From Spirochaetaceae bacterium (GTDB taxonomy: Bacteria > Spirochaetota > Spirochaetia > DSM-2461): DNA of 64,000 nt. A program made the translations under genes and the position numbers. The stretch covers positions 409,968 through 473,967 of the forward strand of contig JAOPTT010000002.1 in NCBI GenBank assembly GCA_051531975.1, written 5' to 3'. This document shows positions 58,641-64,000 of the stretch, one piece after another (position 1 is the first letter of the stretch; every line of letters starts with the position of its first letter). The notes beneath the pieces are model-generated. The model was not told the DNA's origin. It saw nothing but the letters and a program-made list of their open reading frames with translations, and did no database searches.

Positions 58641-59867
58641 CTACTCCTCAACTGCACTATTAAATAGGTCCATGCAGATGTTTATAATTTCAGTTATATC
58701 ATTATTGTATATAAAATCCCAACCTAAAAATCTAAATGTATTCTCTTCCGGTATTTTATTATCAATATTTGGGTTAACAGATGGAAAATATCCTTTATCT
58801 CTTAATAACTCCCCTACACCATCTGATTCAAAGTACTCAACAATATCTTTTAAGTCAGCTACCTTCTCTTTTTTAGAAGCTATAAATACTGGGCTTAAAA
58901 TTGCACCATCTTTTGGCCATACTACTTCTAATGGAGTTCCTGGGAATACCATTTTAGTAAAAAACCAAGGTAGTACTGTAACTGCTGGTTTATCTTCTCC
59001 GGCTGTTGTTTTATTTTTAACCATTTGTGCTGGGTGCATTGAACTTAATAGGTTTCGACCCAGGGCTTTAATTGACTCTGGTCCCTTCTCTTTATACAGA
59101 GTTAAAATAACTGCATTAAAAAGGTCTAAGTCTTCTACTGGTAAGGATAACGAGTTTTCAAACTCAGGTGATAATAACTCATCCCATGTTTCTGGTTTTT
59201 TACGTCCATTTAACTCGTCGTTATTAACTAAAAATATTGCAGGTACACCGGCTAATATTGAGTAGTTACCTTTAGGGTCTTTAAGATCTAACCCATCGTA
59301 ACACTTATTAAAACTATCTAGTCCTGACATGTCACTAAATACACCGTTATCTCTATATTTACCAATTAGGTCGTTATCGAAGAACAACTCAAAACCAGCT
59401 GATATAAATAGGTCTGGAATGTCGTTAACATCTGCAGCTTCACGAACTTCGTCTTCTAACCAACCAATTCCACCTGATGCTGACTTTAACCTGTAATTAA
59501 CTCCAACATCGTGTTTTTTGTAATATCCTTTAGAGAACTCTTTAAATCCGTCTAGTAGTGGTATCTTAACAGGACAAGGTAATACTCCTGCAATATCGAC
59601 AGTGTTATCACTCTCAGATAAACCTTCACCTTCGTCTGTCATTTCTGCTTTTTGTCTAATAACTTCACTGAGCATTTCTAAAAATATCTTTGCATTCTTT
59701 TTCTTTGATTTCATTGCCATATCGAAGGTAATAGCACTACCCATGACTTTTCTTTTTGATGGTATCTGTAATTGTGGAAAACCATTTGCAACAAAAACGT
59801 CTACCGTTTCAGGGTATCGCTCTGTTATATCAAAAAGTGTATCTGTAATCTTTATTTCTTCTTTCAT
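58641..59867 (-). CDS. DUF1858-fused ABC solute-binding-fold protein, no signal peptide
   Basis: N-terminal ITERYPETVDVFVANGF, LPCPVK, PETWDELL, WPKDGA. Confidence 0.75.
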   Translation of the reverse strand: MKEEIKITDTLFDITERYPETVDVFVANGFPQLQIPSKRKVMGSAITFDMAMKSKKKNAKIFLEMLSEVIRQKAEMTDEGEGLSESDNTVDIAGVLPCPVKIPLLDGFKEFSKGYYKKHDVGVNYRLKSASGGIGWLEDEVREAADVNDIPDLFISAGFELFFDNDLIGKYRDNGVFSDMSGLDSFNKCYDGLDLKDPKGNYSILAGVPAIFLVNNDELNGRKKPETWDELLSPEFENSLSLPVEDLDLFNAVILTLYKEKGPESIKALGRNLLSSMHPAQMVKNKTTAGEDKPAVTVLPWFFTKMVFPGTPLEVVWPKDGAILSPVFIASKKEKVADLKDIVEYFESDGVGELLRDKGYFPSVNPNIDNKIPEENTFRFLGWDFIYNNDITEIINICMDLFNSAVEE

Positions 59868-59900
59868 GCTTTTACTATAATACCTAATAGGAAATGATAT

Positions 59901-59918
59901 CAGTAACAAATGATACAG
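59901..59918 (-). promoter_or_regulatory. HcpR-type (Crp/Fnr family) binding site
   Basis: CTGTATC-attt-GTTACTG versus consensus CTGTAAC-N4-GTTACAG; centred 42.5 nt upstream of ATG 59867. Confidence 0.6.
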
Positions 59919-59964
59919 GTTATGTAGATTTATAATATTTATTTGAAATGGTTTGATAATGAAG

Positions 59965-60005
59965 TTGGGTGTTACCCTGTAAACAGGGTCGGGCTATCTG
60001 TTTTT
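59965..60005 (+). ncRNA. Candidate Flavo-1-like structured RNA
   Basis: TTGGGTGTT-ACCCTGT-aa-ACAGGGT-CGGGCTATC: GC-rich hairpin in an AT-rich spacer; family call from memory. Confidence 0.4.
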
Positions 60006-60024
60006 GGTAATATTTATATAAGCC

Positions 60025-60059
60025 AATACTCCGTCCTATAAAAAATAGGAAGGAGTATT
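60025..60059. terminator. Stem-loop after the MCP stop
   Basis: AATACTCCgTCCTAT-aaaaa-ATAGGAaGGAGTATT. Confidence 0.65.
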
Positions 60060-60069
60060 AAAAGTGTTC

Positions 60070-62178
60070 TTACTCAGTTTTAAAAGCATCAAACTTATTT
60101 TGTAATTCATCGACTATAACTTCTAAATTTTTAGCATAGTTAATCATTAACTGCATTGAAGTTACAATCTCCTTTGCCCCAGTTTGACTTTCTGCCATAC
60201 CTTGAGTTACCTGCTCAGACACTTCTTGTATTTTACTTGAAGTAACCATCATGGATTTAGTTCCATCTTTAATCTCATTACTACCAGATTTAATACTAAT
60301 GGTGACGTCATTTATATGACTTGAAGCTTCTAATACTTGCTGTCCTCCAATATTTAACTCTTCAACCGATGATTCAATTTCTATAAAAGCATCTATGGTA
60401 TCAGATATTTCATGTAATATTGAATCAAAAGCTAATGAGGTAGTATCAACATTTTTATCAGCTACACTAACAGAGGTTGTTATGTTTTTTATCATATTTG
60501 TTATATTTTCAGATGATCCAGCACTTGTTTCAGCAAGCTTTCTAATCTCATCGGCAACTACGGCAAAACCTTTTCCTGCATCCCCTGCATGGGCAGCTTC
60601 TATAGCGGCATTCATGGATAACAGATTAGTCTGAGATGCAATATCATTTATAGTAGTAGCCATCTCCTGGATAGACTGAATTTGGTCAACAACTTGTTTA
60701 AACGCAGAAGAAGTCTCATCTATTTTATTTTTTCCCTCATTAGCCATTTTAGAAAGAGATTTTGTTGTCTCTTTTTTACTAAGGGTTATTTGAGCAACAT
60801 TTTTTAAGGATGCAATCATCTCTGTAATAGAAGCTGTAGACTCTTCTACCATTGCAGCTTGGTCATTTATCTGATTATCAATTGAGTTTACATTAGATAA
60901 TATTTGTTCAATTGCAGTAGCATTCTCATTAATATTTTCATCTAGAGTGTTAATCTGCCCACCTATGCTATTAAGATTTGAACTAATTTCTTCAACTGCG
61001 GTTGTGGATTCGACTGTAGATCCAACAATACTCTCTTTAACAGCATTGGAATCAACTACTGCGCTTTTAACATCAATAATAAGATATTTAAGTTTACTTA
61101 CAAACTTATTAACACTAATAGCTAATTCTCCAACTTCATCGTTACTTTGAACTATGATTTCATTGGTAAGATCCCCTTCTCCCTCTGCTAGTATCATCAT
61201 CTTTTTATTTAATTCATTTAGAGGATTACCAACTAATACTCTTAATAATAGAATAATTACTATTGCCAATAAAACACCTACAATTAAAGAAGCCATTGTT
61301 AATATTTTATCCAATTGTTTTACTGGTTCTATATAGGGGGCTACAAATACAGATGCACAAAAAATACTATCACCAACTTTTTTATATGACATAAACTTTT
61401 TAGTATCTTCTAATGTATAATAAAAAGAACCAAATTCTTTACCTATTAAATACTTACCCCAATCATAATTATCTACTACATTGTCGCCAATTAATTTTCG
61501 ATTTTTATGTTTTTCTACTATACCTTTAGAATCAATTACAAATACAGAACCACCAAAGTCATCTACTTTAAAAGAGTCCACTATATTTTGAAGATCAACT
61601 CTTTTTGTAACTTCCTGTAAAACACTTGCGTTCATACCTATCTGAACAATACCAGGTTTATCTAATCTAGAAACACTAATATATTGAAAGAGAACATTAT
61701 CGACTGCTCTTAATTGTGGTTCTTGAGCCAATGAATAACTAGAATCATCTAATATCTTTAAAAAGGGTTTAGTTTGCTCAGAGGTATTAAAATCAAAACC
61801 AAAAAAGCCTTCTACAGATCCCCACCTAAGTACACCTTTATCATCTGTTACATGGATTTCATCTACACCAATGTTTTTAGCTAATTCGATATAATCATTG
61901 CTAGATAAATCTTCAGAACGGTCTCCTAAATATATTGATAAGATTTTAGCAACCTGAGTAAAATTATGTGACATTATTTTAGTAATTGTGCCAACCTGGC
62001 CACGACTCTCTATAGCTCGATCTACCATAATATCTAATGAGAATTCTGTACTGTTAATCAAATTATCATTTAGTAACGATTTTGTTGTATTATGGGCTAT
62101 ATATGAAACAGATATCAAACCGATAAACAAAACTAAAAGAGATGGTAATAAGACCTTAATTGATATTTTTAATTTCAT
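60070..62178 (-). CDS. Methyl-accepting chemotaxis protein (Cache-HAMP-MA)
   Basis: Two TMs, [42 protein letters not shown]. Confidence 0.95.
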   Translation of the reverse strand: MKLKISIKVLLPSLLVLFIGLISVSYIAHNTTKSLLNDNLINSTEFSLDIMVDRAIESRGQVGTITKIMSHNFTQVAKILSIYLGDRSEDLSSNDYIELAKNIGVDEIHVTDDKGVLRWGSVEGFFGFDFNTSEQTKPFLKILDDSSYSLAQEPQLRAVDNVLFQYISVSRLDKPGIVQIGMNASVLQEVTKRVDLQNIVDSFKVDDFGGSVFVIDSKGIVEKHKNRKLIGDNVVDNYDWGKYLIGKEFGSFYYTLEDTKKFMSYKKVGDSIFCASVFVAPYIEPVKQLDKILTMASLIVGVLLAIVIILLLRVLVGNPLNELNKKMMILAEGEGDLTNEIIVQSNDEVGELAISVNKFVSKLKYLIIDVKSAVVDSNAVKESIVGSTVESTTAVEEISSNLNSIGGQINTLDENINENATAIEQILSNVNSIDNQINDQAAMVEESTASITEMIASLKNVAQITLSKKETTKSLSKMANEGKNKIDETSSAFKQVVDQIQSIQEMATTINDIASQTNLLSMNAAIEAAHAGDAGKGFAVVADEIRKLAETSAGSSENITNMIKNITTSVSVADKNVDTTSLAFDSILHEISDTIDAFIEIESSVEELNIGGQQVLEASSHINDVTISIKSGSNEIKDGTKSMMVTSSKIQEVSEQVTQGMAESQTGAKEIVTSMQLMINYAKNLEVIVDELQNKFDAFKTE

Positions 62179-62481
62179 TTTATTCTCCTATAAAAAGTAT
62201 AGTATAATAAACATTAAATACAACTTTTTGTATATGTTTATATATTTATTTACAGTTAAAGATATAAAAATAGTTAAACATTAACATTTAAAGGAAAACT
62301 AGTTACCTCTTCTGGTCTAAAATCAACGTTACACTCAAACTTGTCAAAGTGTAAAAATGCAGTATTAATCTTAACATGCACATAACACATTTAGGATCTG
62401 ATTCATCATTATGTAAAAAACATTAAAATTTAGAGTGGAAATTAAAACGTTTGTTCATTATCATTAAACAGAGGTACTATC

Positions 62482-64000
62482 TTGAAATTATCATTAAAAA
62501 TCATCCTGCTTTCTTTCATAATATCTATATTTGTTTCAAGTATTTCAATCAATCAGATCAGAAAATCACTATATGAAGTCAGGCTTAATACAAAAATAGA
62601 AAAACTTGAAAAAGAGTTATTTCATATGAATTATTTTATGGAAAATTTAACTAACCAGATAACCCAGGATCTCAATCTAGTATTAGCAAATCCAGTTTTT
62701 TCAAGAAAACATGCAATACCTTTTACATCATATATAAATGCAACTACAGATAAGTTTGTCTACTCACCAGGTGGGGTTGAAAAAAATATTGTAAATACCT
62801 TTTCACGGTTTAAGAAGAATAAAAAAGAGATAGAGTTTATCTATATGGGACTTGAAGACAGCTCTTATATCATGAATACGGTTATTATGAATATTGATGG
62901 ACCTCCAGAGAGTCGATTTGATTTTGACCCAAGGACGAGGCCATGGTATATAAAGGCCAAAGAGAAACCTGGAAAGCTGATTATGACAGAACCATACGTG
63001 GCTCCATCTGGGGATATATTCTTTCTATCAGCCGCTTTAGCAATAATTAAAAATAACCAATTTGTAGGGGTTTTAGGAATTGATATAAATATTGAAGGTC
63101 TAGCCAATTATCTTAAAGGAATTGGAACTGATCAAAATGGAACCTTTGGTATATTACAAGAGAATACCGGAATTATTGTAAATACTGAAAATGAGATAGT
63201 TATACAGGAGTCAGGAACTAATAATACAGTATGGCTGAAAGATATTTCATATGAGGGGAACCACGGTTTTGGTAATGTTGAAATTGATAATACTCCTTAC
63301 TATGCAGCAACATTGAAGTCAGAGAGTCTGCCATGGTTATTTTTCTTCTTAGTGCCTAAAATTGAGATTAATAATAGTATAAATGCGATTATCAATACAT
63401 TTCTAATTTCGATTATTTTAACAATTATAATAATAAGCATTTTATATATAGTCTCAGTCAATATTATGGTTACAAAACCTATTTTGTCCCTGACACGTGA
63501 AACTAGAAATTTTACCAGTAAAGGAAATATAGATGTCGATAAACTTTCAAAATCAAAAGACGAGATAGGTGTGCTTTCAAGGGACTTCTGTAATATGTTT
63601 AATGAGATCGCTAAATATAGAGATAGCATGGAAAAACTTGTACTTGAAAGGACTGCAGATCTGGAGAAACTTAATCAGGCCGTTGAGCAGAGTCCATCAT
63701 CTATCATAATAACAGATACTAATGGTGTTATTGAGTATGTAAATCCTAGCTTTACAGAACTTACTGGTTATAGTTTTGATGAGTCTATAGGTCAAAAACC
63801 TAATATTTTAAACTCTGGAACACACGATAATAAACTTTTTACAGAGCTATGGGATACTATATTATCTGGAAAGATCTGGAAGGGTGAATTATTAAATAAC
63901 AAGAAAGATGGACAGCAATATTGGGAGCAGGTTTCTATCGCTCCTGTAAAGGATGAAAATGGACTAATACTTCATTTCGTCGCTGTTAAAAATGATATAT
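62482..64000 (+). CDS. dCache-HAMP-PAS sensor protein, 3'-truncated by window edge (absent from the ORF track)
   Basis: TTG start after GAGG; reads as open to the end; FDPRTRPWY...EPY...GIDI dCache_1, DEIGVLSRDF HAMP, AVEQSPSSIIITD PAS. Confidence 0.88.
   Translation, partial: MKLSLKIILLSFIISIFVSSISINQIRKSLYEVRLNTKIEKLEKELFHMNYFMENLTNQITQDLNLVLANPVFSRKHAIPFTSYINATTDKFVYSPGGVEKNIVNTFSRFKKNKKEIEFIYMGLEDSSYIMNTVIMNIDGPPESRFDFDPRTRPWYIKAKEKPGKLIMTEPYVAPSGDIFFLSAALAIIKNNQFVGVLGIDINIEGLANYLKGIGTDQNGTFGILQENTGIIVNTENEIVIQESGTNNTVWLKDISYEGNHGFGNVEIDNTPYYAATLKSESLPWLFFFLVPKIEINNSINAIINTFLISIILTIIIISILYIVSVNIMVTKPILSLTRETRNFTSKGNIDVDKLSKSKDEIGVLSRDFCNMFNEIAKYRDSMEKLVLERTADLEKLNQAVEQSPSSIIITDTNGVIEYVNPSFTELTGYSFDESIGQKPNILNSGTHDNKLFTELWDTILSGKIWKGELLNNKKDGQQYWEQVSIAPVKDENGLILHFVAVKNDI

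Noticed and set aside
58672..59265. 197-aa + strand ORF and the many similar short antisense ORFs (e.g. 10522..10917, 11233..11652, 52873..53253, 62865..63107, 63300..63629)
   Set aside because: Shadow frames antisense to well-supported genes, with Ser/Ile/Phe-biased composition and no motifs.
62285..62345. c-di-GMP-I riboswitch (GGAAAACT...GGTCTAA fragments)
   Set aside because: No GAAA-tetraloop P2 stem and no GCAAA/CGCAAAG core; the structure cannot be built.
1..64000. CRISPR arrays, IS/transposases, prophage, rRNA, anti-phage defence genes
   Set aside because: No regularly spaced repeats or recognisable marker proteins were seen by eye.

Overview
AT-rich bacterial chromosomal segment, most likely from a free-living anaerobic spirochaete (inferred from the lolA-rodZ-rimO-pcrA and rplM-rpsI-recX gene orders and archaeal-type pyrH). 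From left to right it holds: an amino-sugar/glycoside ABC catabolic operon with a convergent sdaA and epimerase-aldolase pair; a CPA2-EIIA fusion; a slr1658/slr1659-like partner-switch operon with an MCP and a PP2C; housekeeping genes; tRNA-Leu(CAA); buk; a dapD-dapC-lysA-dapE operon whose DapD carries a DUF2322-like N-terminus; a 2001-aa hybrid kinase; GH3, Rrf2, ald/Lrp and mogA; and further sensor genes. The best candidate for an undescribed system is the 8-gene operon at 45.0-53.2 kb. It encodes two tandem-SCP2-like proteins, a FumI-like aminotransferase, a split transketolase lacking the Asp469 and Arg358 equivalents, a VOC protein, an ene-reductase and a TetR. I read it as a kinase-independent route for long-chain 2-amino-1,3-diols (sphingoid bases). 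A second candidate is a permease-less DUF1858-SBP/G3E-GTPase/ABC-ATPase/Cys-protein operon behind an HcpR-like site. All family calls are from motif recognition by eye; no searches were run. No CRISPR array or IS element was seen.
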